Shown here piece after piece: positions 36,651 to 48,304 of a stretch of DNA of 64,000 nt. Position 1 is the first letter of the stretch. Each line of letters begins with the position of its first letter. Made by a program: the position numbers and the translations under genes. The notes under the pieces were generated by a model. The model was not told where the DNA came from, searched no databases, and saw nothing but the letters and a program-made list of their open reading frames with translations. Source of the stretch: Guillardia theta CCMP2712 (lineage: Eukaryota; Protista; Cryptophyta); NCBI RefSeq assembly GCF_000315625.1, contig NW_005434637.1:443985-507984 (forward strand), written 5' to 3'.

Positions 36651-38428
36651 ATGGCAGACGCGCTCCCGTAAGAAGGAAGAGGAGATCATAGATGTGGAGG
36701 CGCTGCATTGATTTCGCTGAAGAAACTTCCTCCTTGTTCTGATTTGACTGATGAGACACGCTGTCATGTGCTCTTTGCTCTCGTTCCCCATCCGCATGCT
36801 GCCATGTTTTCTCAAGCCATCAGCCCCTCGTTCTTCTCCCCTATTCACAGCGGCGGCAATGTTCTGGCTCCACTCCCCTTGCGGCTCTGCTCCAGCTCCA
36901 CTTCCCATGGGAAGGCTACTCTCTGATTCTGTGTTTGGCACAGCGGGTTCTGGGAGGCGCTGAGTGCACAAGATAGCAATGGAGAGAAGAGGATGCTCAA
37001 GCACGTCGTAGCTGAGGTCTTTTTCTGAACTCTCTGGTCGCTGCTCACTGAAGCTTTCTTCTTGAAGTTTACTGGAACCTTGCTCTTCACCTTCCTCGCT
37101 GCCGCTGGTTCATATCTATTTTGAAATCCTTTTTGCCCTTGTAACCGCCTTCTCTATGGCAGCGGCTGTCAATGCACAAACGGAAGGACTGGCGGCTGGA
37201 GCGATTGGCAGGTGTGTCAGATTACGAGCCCATCAAGAAAGTCAGATGCCTGACATGTTCATCAGCGGGATTTCCCTTGCTGTCGTGATATACGCCACTG
37301 CTGGTTGACTTGGACCTCAAAGATCCTCTCCCGGCTCATTTTCTTCAGGTGACAACGGATCGGGTGGGAAAATCAACCCGGCTGTCACAGCTGGACTCTT
37401 CATGACTGGTCTGGCCCTGATTTCCTTACAGCGGTAGAAGGTCATTCTTACCGCTGCATCGCACAGGTCGCCTGCATTGGATCACTGCCGCCTGGGAAAT
37501 CCTTGCACAAGTTTGAATTTCGTTGAATTAGTCATGATTCCTCACCATAGAGTGCAGTTTGCTGGTGGCATGGTTGGAGGCTTCATCCTGAAATATGCTC
37601 TCCCTCACACGTACTATCTCAATCTTCTCGGGCAAATAATGATTGAGACTGTTTTCACTTAGAAACCTCACTGTACCACTTCTCGCTATGGGAGGTCCAA
37701 GCACGACTCATCCCTTATCCGCGTTTATCTGGTACACTGGTGGTTACATTGTTCAGACAAACTAAGCGTTTCTCAGGGAGTATATGACCACTGCATTCCT
37801 TGTATTCGTGGTTTTTGCTACGGTGGTAAGAAGCATCTATATTTGATTACAATGCGCTTCGTAATTTGACGACTACATAAGGTTGACAAGCAAAGCCGTC
37901 ATGTGGATCTCAAAGTACTCACCCCCCTTGATAACTTCTGGCAAGGGGAGATGGAGAGAAGGATTGATTTTGCTGTAGGTCACTCTTCCAACACCCTTTG
38001 CGCCCTTGGCCATCGGACTGGTATTAGTTTGCATACTCTTCCTGTCGTTGACTAGCGTCTAGACGTGCCTAGTTGGGGCCCTTGCAAGCGGTCCTTTCAC
38101 TGGGGGAGCAATGAATCCCGCAAGGTAGATCATTTTCCTCGTTCGCTCCATCTGGAAATCTAACTTCCCCGTAGAGTGCTCGGACCAGCCATCTGGTTCT
38201 GGAACTTCCGTAACATTTGGTACTTGAATCAGCACGAGTCGGTACTAGCAAGTGACTGATGTCACTTGGTAGGGTCTACCTCCTGGCAACCATGATTGGA
38301 GGAGTATCTGGAGCGGTGATCTTTGACAACCTCTTCTTGCAGGTACTTGGTTCCGATTGTTGACCTGCTGATCGACTGAGCCTTGTTGGCAGCATCAGCC
38401 CCCTGAGAGTGACGCTGCTGTGGTATGA
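36651..38428 (+). CDS. Aquaporin/MIP channel, highly intron-split
   Basis: Two NPA boxes (SGGKINPAVT ~37360; GPFTGGAMNPAR ~38090), plus HVVAE, APLAIG and DNLFL. Confidence 0.9.
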
Positions 38429-38545
38429 AACCATGCGCCGGTATGAATCATGCGACCCACATGAAAATTGGGTTCGTTTCAAAAATCAAAGATTCTGGTC
38501 GAACTTCAGAATGTATAGTTAAACATTAAACAGATAGCAACAACC

Positions 38546-39442
38546 CTATTTACAACAGAAACTAGCATTCGACTTCATCTCATCCCAATCCAAGATTTTG
38601 GTTCGTTTATCTACACGGACAGTCTGTGTTAAAAGCACGAAACAAAGAAAGGACGGAGTTGACCAAACCTGTTTCGTTCCCAAGTTGAGAGTCGGAAGCT
38701 TGGAATGGCATGCAGCTGCTGTTCTCAGAGGTGAAGACATCTGCATGAGTATGAGAATCATCAGGTGTATCCCTTTCTCTTTCACCGCAGTCGCAGTGTC
38801 CAAAGCGCAGGAGCCATGGCGTGGTTGAAAGGGCAACCTAGGTCGAAGATCAGTCCTTTGTGCAGAGGCAAAGTTGAGTTCGATACAGACCTGGAGGAGA
38901 AGTACGCAAACTCCTCCCTCTCTTTCTTAGCATTCGGATGAGATATATTTTTCAGCTCGTTGGATAAGCCAAACATAAGCCTGGTGTGTAGAAATGATCA
39001 AAGAACATAGCGAGGGTAGCACATGTGGTGAGTTGAGCCCATGTGATTGGAAGCGATACATCAACAAAAGTCAGCCCTGTAGAAGAAGTTGAAATGAACC
39101 ACTTGAATCAAACTGATCAATGGAAGGTTGATGCAGATGTAAGAGCGAAGAGAGGAGCACACAGCATGGAAGATTGTGCAGGTGACGGAAATACTTAGTA
39201 ATACCCAAGCTCGCCTCAGTACTAAGGGAAATTGCAGTGCTGAGGCAGACTCGTTCATCTTGGGGATAATGGGGAGTGCATGAAGATAGAGGAGCCGCAT
39301 GAAGATAGGAGGAGCCGCATGAAGATAGGAGGAGCCGCATGAAAATAGGAGGAGCCGCATGATAGAGTAGTTGGGAAAGGATCAAGTACTTCAATCCTCT
39401 GCCTTTCTCATCTTTATTACATGCTGACATCCCATTCGCCAT
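38546..39442 (-). other. Possible spliced hypothetical gene
   Basis: Several short minus-strand ORFs with no recognisable domain. Confidence 0.25.
39282..39362. repeat. 20-bp minisatellite (GAAGATAGGAGGAGCCGCAT), ~4 copies
   Basis: Directly visible. Confidence 0.95.
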
Positions 39443-39488
39443 ATCACACCCTCAAGCACTGCATGCTTCTTACCGCACCTGACGAAAC

Positions 39489-40416
39489 ATGCTGGAGCAG
39501 ATGATTACGATTACACAATTGGCGCTTGAGATCCAGGAGGAGCTGACAACCATTTCATCATCCTTAAGGTCTGTCTAGGCCATCTACGACATCGTCTGAA
39601 GCTCGAGGGTGCGCAGGAATGAGATCGATCTGATATCTGTCGGACTCGAGCACAACGACGATATCATTTCAAGATTGAAAGACGAACTCGAGATGCTATC
39701 TGAGCAGACTCTGCAGTACATAGACAGCTCAGGATGGAAAGACATGGAAGAAAATCAACCAGGCATCCAGGTGATCTCCCCGCCTGGCAAACGTGCTTCT
39801 GAACCCCCTGTTGCACTAGCAGGCACATCAGAGTGAATGGTCGCATCCGGATGCAGCTGTGCATCCGACAGATAGCCATGGAGCGCTGGGCGCGACCCTG
39901 TGGAGAGACATCGTGAATCTAGGACATTTGAGCAATGGCATTCGACAGGCGTCTACAGAACGAGAGAGAAGGATGCGGATACTGGTCGATCATCTGCTAT
40001 CGGCTCTACACCGTGCATACTCGGAGACTACTGCTGAGCAAGAGAGTGCAAAGTCTTGTCCGGTGCCAACACAAGGCAATGGCGCGCCCGTGTATGAAAG
40101 CAGTCTGAACAAGGAGAATCGCACGGAGGAAGCACCTCGACCATCTGCAGCGCGGAAGACCAACCCTGAGAGACTGGAGAATGAGAGGTTCCGAAACAGA
40201 GCGAAGGTGTCGATGGTTAAGATCGGACTCCTCCAACTCTCGAACGAACTGAAGCAGTTTTCAGAGGAAGCTGATTCGTTGCTCAACGCTGTGAAAGCTT
40301 CCTGGTCCGACCTTGCCTTTAATACCGAATTGCCACGAAAACTGCAGGGCTATCTGAATCAGAGAGGCGCAGTAGGAGACTGGCATAGTGGAGTGAGAAG
40401 TCGTGCTAGAAAATGA
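39489..40416 (+). CDS. Hypothetical alpha-helical protein (most complete copy in the triplication)
   Basis: MLEQMITITQLALEIQEEL.., RNEIDLISVGLEH.. and ORF 39859-40416, joined by short introns. Confidence 0.45.
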
Positions 40417-41541
40417 ACCCGAGGCTCTCATGCAGTCATGCAGTCAAAAGACTGGGTGGTCCCGTAAACCGTGCCAGGCATGATCTCAGCGTGACTCGCC
40501 CGGCCCTGACCGTCTCGAAAGTGATGATGGATACTTGGGTTCCCATGCGTACCATGGTAGCAGCAGTTGGGTTCACCGATACCTGATTGTCACAACTTGT
40601 CCCAACGGAAGATCCCGCTCAAGGTCGCAAGGCCACTGGGCTGTGTTGAGCAAGCTCACTCTTGGAAGAAGCAATCTTGAAAAGGGCTCCGTTGAGTTGC
40701 ATGATTTAGAGAAAGAGCCGAATCTAAGTGATCAACAGCACTGCTGCTGACATCAGTCAACGCGTGGGTCCTCCTCCAGCATCGTCGATCATCTCGTGAC
40801 GCCATTTTGCTTGTGCGTGCGGGCGGGCGGGCGGGCGGTCGTCGTTGCTGGCAGGAGCCAAGTCTCCACTCTTTGATGCTCCGGATAGAAAGGGACAGCT
40901 TCATCGCGATGAAAGTCAGCATCGAATTACAGGGGCTCAAGAGAGAATTGAAATCATGCCGTAGGATTCTTTTTATTTCTCGAGGTCAACGTTTTTTCCC
41001 ACTGCGTCAGCAGCCCGGCGGGGCAGATAAATAGTGACTGATCAGTCGCCGAGACGCTAGACTATGAAATGACGAACTCTAGCGGTAAGCACCGTATGTG
41101 GCCGCCACGAAGACTCTGTTTCGTGGACAAGGTGTGTAGTAAAGAACAAACATCTGGTCATTATTGTGAGATCTCATCGGGGGAGGGACAGGGGGAGGGG
41201 GTAGTCCCAGGCTTCACACGAGGATCGGATGCAGAATGGGGGGGGTGGGGGTGAAGCGATTTGGACGCGAAATCGGGATTCATAGTTGACGGGGCGCAGG
41301 GGCAGAAAGGAGAAAAAACGAGACCAGGGGCGAAGAGGATCCTGACAGGTATCAGCTAGAGAGCAAGCAGAGCAGAAAAGACCACGACGATCCTAACCTC
41401 AGGCTACTTGTCTCGAAGCAAGCTACTGCGCTCAAGTCCCCAGATCCCAATCACAGACAGAATCAGTGTCGGAGGGCAGGCAAGTGAGAGCTCTGCTCAC
41501 ATATCAGCATAGCCTCAGCTACACTGACACGCAACCTTCAA

Positions 41542-42132
41542 ATGGCTAACAACGGTGTCTTCGTGCTGTCTCGTCCTCGGCTCGTCACCATCGAGTTGCT
41601 CCAGCAAAACGCTGGATTGCCTCAAGCCCAGGTAGCTGAAAGACTGGTGCGTCTCCCCCTCCTCTCTATGGACGGCCGAGTGACTTCCTGCTTGGCACAG
41701 GGCATCTCGCTGACTGCCTTGAAGGGAGCATGCCGGCAGCTGGGAATCCCAAGATGGCCATGTGCGCGCCGCTTGGCTGCACAACAACAAGAGAACAGCC
41801 AAGACGCGACCCCCGACGACCCCTCTGCTGCTCCCTCCAGCAGCTTCTTTTCTTGTGAGTCCATAACTCCACACCATGTGCGCGAAGACGCTGTCTTGCA
41901 GCCAAGCATGCAGATGCCCGTAGAGATGATGTCGAGCGACCATCTCCCAGGCGAGCTGCTACCTCCGTATGAGCTCCCGATGGCATTGCAAGGGGGCTCT
42001 GAGGGCGGGTTGCACGATAGGGTGGTGGTGGATCCGGACTGGCTGGAGTGGTACATGCAACCGAGCGGGAGAATGGAAGATGAAGGAGTCTCTATCAGCT
42101 ACACGGCTCCTACTGAACCTCGTCATGGCTGA
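41542..42132 (+). CDS. RWP-RK domain transcription factor (copy A, two in-frame deletions)
   Basis: LPQAQVAERL|GISLTALKGACRQLGIPRWP, with a 54-nt intron at 41647-41700. Confidence 0.85.
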   Translation: MANNGVFVLSRPRLVTIELLQQNAGLPQAQVAERLVRLPLLSMDGRVTSCLAQGISLTALKGACRQLGIPRWPCARRLAAQQQENSQDATPDDPSAAPSSSFFSCESITPHHVREDAVLQPSMQMPVEMMSSDHLPGELLPPYELPMALQGGSEGGLHDRVVVDPDWLEWYMQPSGRMEDEGVSISYTAPTEPRHG

Positions 42133-42404
42133 TCCGGCTTCTGGAGGCTGATCATCGGGCTTCCGCGCCAGAACGGACTGCAGGAATCTGGAGTGATCGC
42201 ATCAAGATCGATCGTGTAAGCTCATGCTATACATAGAGCTATTGCTAGATATGATGTTCGCCGTGTGAAGGTGACATATCAACACGCGTCCAATGTGTCC
42301 GAGGCTGAGTCGCATCCGGGGCACCCTCCTCAGTGCTCTAGGCCTGTGCTGAGAACCTCAGCCGATCCTGATCTCTCAAACTCATCGTCTCATCCTCCAT
42401 ACTC

Positions 42405-42650
42405 AGACATCGTGAATCTAGGACATCTGAGCAATGGCATTCGACAGGCGTCTACAGAACGAGAGAGAAGGATGCGGATACTGGTCGATCATCTGCTATC
42501 GGCTCTACACCGTGCATACTCGGAGACTACCGCTGAGCAAGAGAGTGCAAAGTCTTGTCCGGTGCCAACACAAGGCAATGGCGCGCCCGTGTATGAAAGC
42601 AGTCTGAACAAGATGTCGATGGTAAAGATCGGACTCCTCCATCTCTCGAG
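42405..42650 (+). pseudogene. Truncated, internally deleted copy of the 39.5-40.4 kb gene
   Basis: Matches 39906 onward but lacks the 5' part and two internal segments. Confidence 0.75.
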
Positions 42651-43782
42651 GCTCTTGTGCAGTCATGCAGTCAAAAGACTGGGTGGCCCCATAAACCGTG
42701 CCAGGCATTATCTCAGCGTGACTCGCCTGGCCCTGACCGTCTCGAAAGTGATGATGGATACTTGGGTTCCGATGCCTACCATGGGAACAGCAGTTGGGTT
42801 CACCGATACCTGATTGTCACATCTTCTCCCAACGGAAGATCCCGCTCAAGGTCGCAAGGCCACTGGGCTGTGTTGAGCAAGCTCACTCTTGGAAGAAGCA
42901 ATCTTGAAAAGGGCTCCGTTGAGTTGCATGATTTAGAGAAAGAGCCGAATCTAAGTGATCAACAGCACTGCTGCTGACATCAGTCAACGCGTGGGTCCTC
43001 CTCCAGCATCGTCGATCATCTGAGTCTTGTGACGCCATTTTGCTTGTGCGTGCGTGCGTGCGTGCGTGCGGGCGGGCGGGCGGTCGTCGTTGCTGGCAGG
43101 AGCCAAGTCTCCATTCTTTGATGCTCCGGATAGATAGGGGTAGCTTCATCGCGATAAAGTCAGCATCGAATAGGTGCTCAAGAGAGAATTGAAATCATGC
43201 CGTAGGATTCTTTTTATTTCTCGAGGTCAACGTTTTTTCCCACTGCGTCAGCAGCCCGGCGGGGCAGATAAATAGTGACTGATCAGTCGCCGAGACGCTA
43301 GACTATGAAATGACGAACTCTAGCGGTAAGCACCGTATGTGGCCGCCACGAAGACTCTGTTTCGTGGACAAGGTGTGTAGTAAAGAACAAACATCTGGTC
43401 ATTATTGTGAGATCTCATCGGGGGAGGGACAGGGGGAGGGGGTAGTCCCAGGCTTCACACGAGGATCGGATGCAGAATGGGGGGGGTGGGGGTGAAGCGA
43501 TTTGGACGCGAAATCGGGATTCATAGTTGACGGGGCGCAGGGGCAGAAAGGAGAAAAAACGAGACCAGGGGCGAAGAGGATCCTGACAGGTATCAGCTAG
43601 AGAGCAAGCAGAGCAGAAAAGACCACGACGATCCTAACCTCAGGCTACTTGTCTCGAAGCAAGCTACTGCGCTCAAGTCCCCAGATCCCAATCACAGACA
43701 GAATCAGTGTCGGAGGGCAGGCAAGTGAGAGCTCTGCTCACATATCAGCATAGCCTCAGCTACACTGACACGCAACCTTCAA

Positions 43783-44493
43783 ATGGCTAACAACGGTGTC
43801 TTCGTGCTGTCTCGTCCTCGGCTCGGCAGCAACACACGCTTCACAGGACGACGAGTCCACATCACCATCGAGTTGCTCCAGCAAAACGCTGGATTGCCTC
43901 AAGCCCAGGTAGCTGAAAGACTGGTGCGTCTCCCCCTCCTCTCTATGGACGGCCGAGTGACTTCCTGCTTGGCACAGGGCATCTCGCTGACTGCCTTGAA
44001 GGGAGCATGCCGGCAGCTGGGAATTCCAAGATGGCCATGTGCGCGCCACTTGGCTGCACAACAACAAGAGAACAGCCAAGACGCGACAGCAGCGCAAGAC
44101 CGAGATGAGTCGCCTTCGTCATCAGATCATGACAGAGAGTCTGACGGCTCGGGCGGCGTCTTGGACGAGTCCCCCGACGACCCCTCTGCTGCTCCCTCCA
44201 GCAGCTTCTTTTCTTGTGAGTCCATAACTCCACACCATGTGCGCGAAGACGCTGTCTTGCAGCCAAGCATGCAGATGCCCGTAGAGATGATGTCGAGCGA
44301 CCATCTCCCAGGCGAGCTGCTACCTCCGTATGAGCTCCCGATGGCATTGCAAGGGGGCTCTGAGGGCGGGTTGCACGATAGGGTGGTGGTGGATCCGGAC
44401 TGGCTGGAGTGGTACATGCAACCAAGCGGGAGAATGGAAGATGAAGGAGTCTCTATCAGCTACACGGCTCCTACTGAACCTCGTCATGGCTGA
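43783..44493 (+). CDS. RWP-RK domain transcription factor (copy B, longer form)
   Basis: VFVLSRPR..ITIELLQQNAGLPQAQVAERL|GISLTALKGACRQLGIPRWP, with an intron at 43924-43977. Confidence 0.9.
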   Translation: MANNGVFVLSRPRLGSNTRFTGRRVHITIELLQQNAGLPQAQVAERLVRLPLLSMDGRVTSCLAQGISLTALKGACRQLGIPRWPCARHLAAQQQENSQDATAAQDRDESPSSSDHDRESDGSGGVLDESPDDPSAAPSSSFFSCESITPHHVREDAVLQPSMQMPVEMMSSDHLPGELLPPYELPMALQGGSEGGLHDRVVVDPDWLEWYMQPSGRMEDEGVSISYTAPTEPRHG

Positions 44494-44830
44494 TCCGGCT
44501 TCTGGAGGCTGATCATCGGGCTTCCGCGCCAGAACGGACTGCAGGAATCTGGAGTGATCGCATCGAGATCGATCGTGTAAGCTCATGCTATACATAGAGC
44601 TATTGCTAGATATGATGTTCGCCGTGTGAAGGTGACATATCAACACGCGTCCAATGTGTCCGAGGCTGAGTCGCATCCGGGGCACCCTCCTCGGTGCTCT
44701 AAGCCTGTGCTGAGAACCTCAGCCGAACCTGATCTCTCAAACTCACCGTCTCATCCTCCATACTCCCGCTCGCCGTTGCGTATACAACTCAGCCCCCTGA
44801 GAGTGACGCTGCTGCGGTATCAAACCATGC

Positions 44831-45240
44831 ATCCGACAGATAGCCATGGAGCGCTGGGCGCGTCCGTGTGGAGAGACATCGTGAATCTAGGACATCTGAG
44901 CAATGGCATTCGACAGGCGTCTACAGAACGAGAGAGAAGGATGCGGATACTGGTCGATCATCTGCTATCGGCTCTACACCGTGCATACTCGGAGACTACC
45001 GCTGAGCAAGAGAGTGCAAAGTCTTGTCCGGTGCCAACACAAGGCAATGGCGCGCCCGTGTACTACCGTATGAAAGTAGTCTGAACATGGAGATTCGCAC
45101 GGTGGAAGCACCGCGATCATCTGCAGCGCGGCCCAGACCAACCCTCGATGGTCGGATCGGACCCAGGGCCTCCAACTCTCCGTCGAAGTGAACTTGCTGT
45201 TTTCCGAGGAAGCCTCATTGCTGTGAAAGCTCAGCCCGGC
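44831..45240 (+). pseudogene. Third partial copy of the 39.5-40.4 kb gene, decaying into a GC island
   Basis: Near-identical to 39863-40092, then frameshifted and highly divergent. Confidence 0.8.
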
Positions 45241-45529
45241 TCAGACGGTCACCGGGGCCGACTCTCCGAGTGACTGAGTCACCGCCCTCGGTACCGGATG
45301 GCACCGTCATCACCGGGCCCCGGAGCCGGCCGGGCCGGGCGGTGACGGCTCCGGGCGCGGCCGGGCGGCCGGATGGAGCCAGAGTCGAAAAGGCTTTGCA
45401 AGTTGCAGCTCACTCTGGCGTTTTTTTTTCCCGATAAACTTGCCCTTTCCCTTGCATTTATCTCAAAAGATCTGTTTTCAATTTGCTGATTGAGCTTATA
45501 TATAACTCAGATGGTCATAACCTCAAGAT

Positions 45530-46065
45530 ACCGTAGCTACGACCCCCCAAACTCGATTTAAGGACCCTCTGTGGAATAACAATCAGCTTCAGGCAAAGTT
45601 CAAGACACCATCGCAAGCACTCACCTACTGTCAAATTTGCTATGAGCCCAATCGTATGCATTGGTCGCTATGAAAGCTTCCTCTTCAATCTCATTACCCA
45701 CCCTCCTTCTTGCCCCTACGATTGTCGGAAGTACCAAGTTTACTACATGACCATGTTTGCTCCTAGAGATCTTTTCCTGCCCCCTTCGGGGGCAGGACCC
45801 TACCACCCAAGCTATCTCTCGTAATGCTACCCTACCTACCCTGTATCCAGTCAAAACCCCATCCACTTTGCTACCACCCCTCCAGCTCTGGTACTCTTGA
45901 GGTGAAAATAGGGAGATTGCTGACTACAGTATCCGTCGCCCACCCCTACCTCATACATATCCCAAAGGTTTGCGATCATGGAAAATATCCTTTGCCTTCC
46001 ACTCCACCCCTCATTGATACGAGAAAGTTCGGGAAGATGAGGGGTACTTAAAGTACCCCACCTGC
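45530..46065. promoter_or_regulatory. TACCC/CCTAC-rich tract
   Basis: Dense CTACC and TACCC motifs, ending in the hairpin GGGGTACTT-A-AAGTACCCC (46041-46059). Confidence 0.4.
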
Positions 46066-46275
46066 TAGTTTGTTGGGACGGTTCTGTCACATCAAAAGCT
46101 CTCAAGGTTCAACATTCCTGTTCACTACGTCCTCCCGCCACGCTCTATCCTCAAGTCGAATCTGCACTGGACTCTCTGAGCTGATTCGTAGCCTCTTTTC
46201 TCCCCGTCTCTCATCTCCTCTTGAAAGTGATTGCGATCCTGTCTGCGTCGAAATAAGGAAACAAAAAACACGACG

Positions 46276-46554
46276 ATGTCAGTCCTCGCTGTAGCAAAAT
46301 CTACATACAAGGCCATCAAGAACATCATGTCACCCCGAGGAAGCAGCTCCTCAGAAAAACCTGGAGACAAAAAGAAGAAGAAACTTGATAAAAAGGAAGA
46401 GAAACAGCGTATGAAGGAGAAAAAGGACAAGGACAGGAAGGATATGCAGGAGCTCATGAAGATTGTTAGAGAGGCATCCCACGACGGGCACATCAAGATT
46501 ACAGACTCCACCTCGAAATTCGACAGCTTGAAAAGAATGTGGCAGCGAGGATAA
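46276..46554 (+). CDS. Small Lys-rich hypothetical protein
   Basis: Single ORF MSVLAVAKSTYKAIK... with KE-rich composition. Confidence 0.5.
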   Translation: MSVLAVAKSTYKAIKNIMSPRGSSSSEKPGDKKKKKLDKKEEKQRMKEKKDKDRKDMQELMKIVREASHDGHIKITDSTSKFDSLKRMWQRG

Positions 46555-47029
46555 TCAGTCAGTTTTCGTCTTAATTTACCAAAACTGAGTCATCCGCAAC
46601 TCTTCTGTTTTGATAGCTTGAACCCTGTAAAACAGTTTCCACACTTGTACATTACATAAAGCAACCGAAATGGGATAAATACAACTGCCTTCTCTTGAAT
46701 GTGCTGATACATCGAAAGCTTTTCAACGCTAGCGTGACACGATCTGATAGATTTTCCTTGACGTGAAGCTGAGAGATGGCGATGCTCCAGTTCGTTCCGT
46801 GCATTCGTGAAACATCCGAATAAATCTTCATCATTCAAGAATCCGGTGCCTGAGTGGGGGAATCTGCGACTTTTCGACAACCGTCGTGGTGCAAATCACC
46901 AGTACATGTTGATTCTATCAAACAAGTGAGCTGCTCTGTATCATGGGAATCGAGGAGAGTTGCCCCCCGAACTTCCGAAATTCGGAAATTAATCTATGCC
47001 ACTGAGCACCGGGCACTTCAAGTTGGCAA

Positions 47030-47880
47030 ACCCTGAGAGGACTCCGGGGAACCTTAGAAATGATCACACTCTGAGACCGCTGTTACTTGACAGGACGACT
47101 AGTTGTCTGCGGCCGGATGTAGCGACCGATCCTGGAGGTCTGCGTCCCTGCGGCCTGCGGCAACCAACTTGGCAATGCATCTGAAGGGTCTGTCACACTG
47201 GCCGGCGGGGATCGACCTGCTCTCAGCCTATCAGTGTCTTACTGGCCAGTAATAAGATATTCTTGGCTCCCTTTCTTGCCGCCTTTTTACACAAAGTCGC
47301 CAGTCCTGTCCGCGTCCGAGTCACCGCCTCCTGTCCGCGTCCGCCGATGATCGAGTCTGGCACCCAGGCTCTTGGTCCGAGTCGCGGCGGCGACCGTCCC
47401 GGCGGGCCGCCGGGCTGGCCGGGCGGCCGCTGAGCGGGCCCGGCCAGCCGCCTGAGTCCGATCGGATTCAGCGTCACAGTACGGTCGGATCGGACCCGGT
47501 GCCAGCCAGGGCCACGGTCCGATCTGAGGACTGAGTGACTGTGGGCCACGATCATCCGATCATGGAACCGGGGCCCGGGGTGCGGCCCGGCCGGCGCCCT
47601 GCGGGGCCTGACCGTACGGTACCGCGGCGGTGGCACGGGCCGGCACCGTACGGTCGGTCCCGAGGGAGTCCCGAGTCCCGGGCCGTCGTTCCCGGCGGCG
47701 GGCCGGGCCGGGCCGGGCCGCGACGGCCCGGTACGGTACGGCGGCGGCGGCGGCCCCGCCCCGCCGAGCCTCGAATCGGATTGCCCGGGCCGGCCAGTTG
47801 TGAAAGCACTCGGACCGGCCCGATTCAACGGATGGTACCGCCGTACGTACCGTCACCCCGGCAGAGGCGGTGGTGGCTTT
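47030..47880. other. GC-rich palindromic-motif island
   Basis: Saturated with CCGG, GGCC, CGGTACCG, GATC and GAGTC. No credible protein in any frame. Confidence 0.8.
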
Positions 47881-47999
47881 CACGGGTGTTTTTGACCAAT
47901 CGAAGGAGGGTAGGGGTCTATCGCCAGTAAAACCTCTTTGCTTTTTTTTTTAGTTTTTGGAGAGTCTTGTTGGCGTATGATGATGAAGTAAGATTCATG

Positions 48000-48280
48000 A
48001 ATTTGGGGGTACATGATTGAAATTTCATCATGACCGGTGGTACCTATATCCAGCCATTGTGTTTTGGGGCTTTCCAGGCCTCAGAATTGTCCAGGGGTAG
48101 GGTGCAATTGACAGGGGTACGTGAGAGTTACAATAGACAGTGAGTGTTACAATAGTTTGCCAAGTAGCACTCCTGTGGGTACTTACTATATAACAAAAGG
48201 GGGTAGGATTCAAGATGGTGGGTGGTATAAAACTGAAGGTACCGGTAGGGTGGGTACGGAGGGGTGGGGGGAGAGTCAGG
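48000..48280 (+). promoter_or_regulatory. GGGTA-rich tract directly upstream of a gene
   Basis: GGGGGTAC, GGGGTAGGG and GGTACCGGTAGGGTGGGTAC just before the ATG at ~48305. Confidence 0.5.
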
Positions 48281-48304
48281 GATTGCGACCACTGGGAAAC
48301 CGCG

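Larger units (their letters stand above)
38395..45240. repeat. Tandem segmental triplication (copy 1 ~38395-42404, copy 2 ~42405-44788, partial copy 3 44789-~45240) with internal deletions
   Basis: Near-identical blocks at 39906/42405/44874, 41069/43310 and 41542/43783. 44789-44830 matches 38395-38436. Confidence 0.95.

Noticed and set aside
39282-39362. 20-bp direct repeats as a CRISPR array
   Set aside because: Head-to-tail copies with no spacers, no cas genes and a eukaryotic context. It is a minisatellite.
38395-45240. Triplicated unit as an LTR retrotransposon or DNA transposon
   Set aside because: No RT, integrase or transposase, no TG..CA ends or TIRs, and introns are retained. It fits tandem segmental duplication.
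47223-47930. Pro/Gly/Arg-rich ORFs on both strands (also 1927-2403 and 52801-53022)
   Set aside because: They arise from stop-poor GC island DNA, are open in several frames and have no domain signal.
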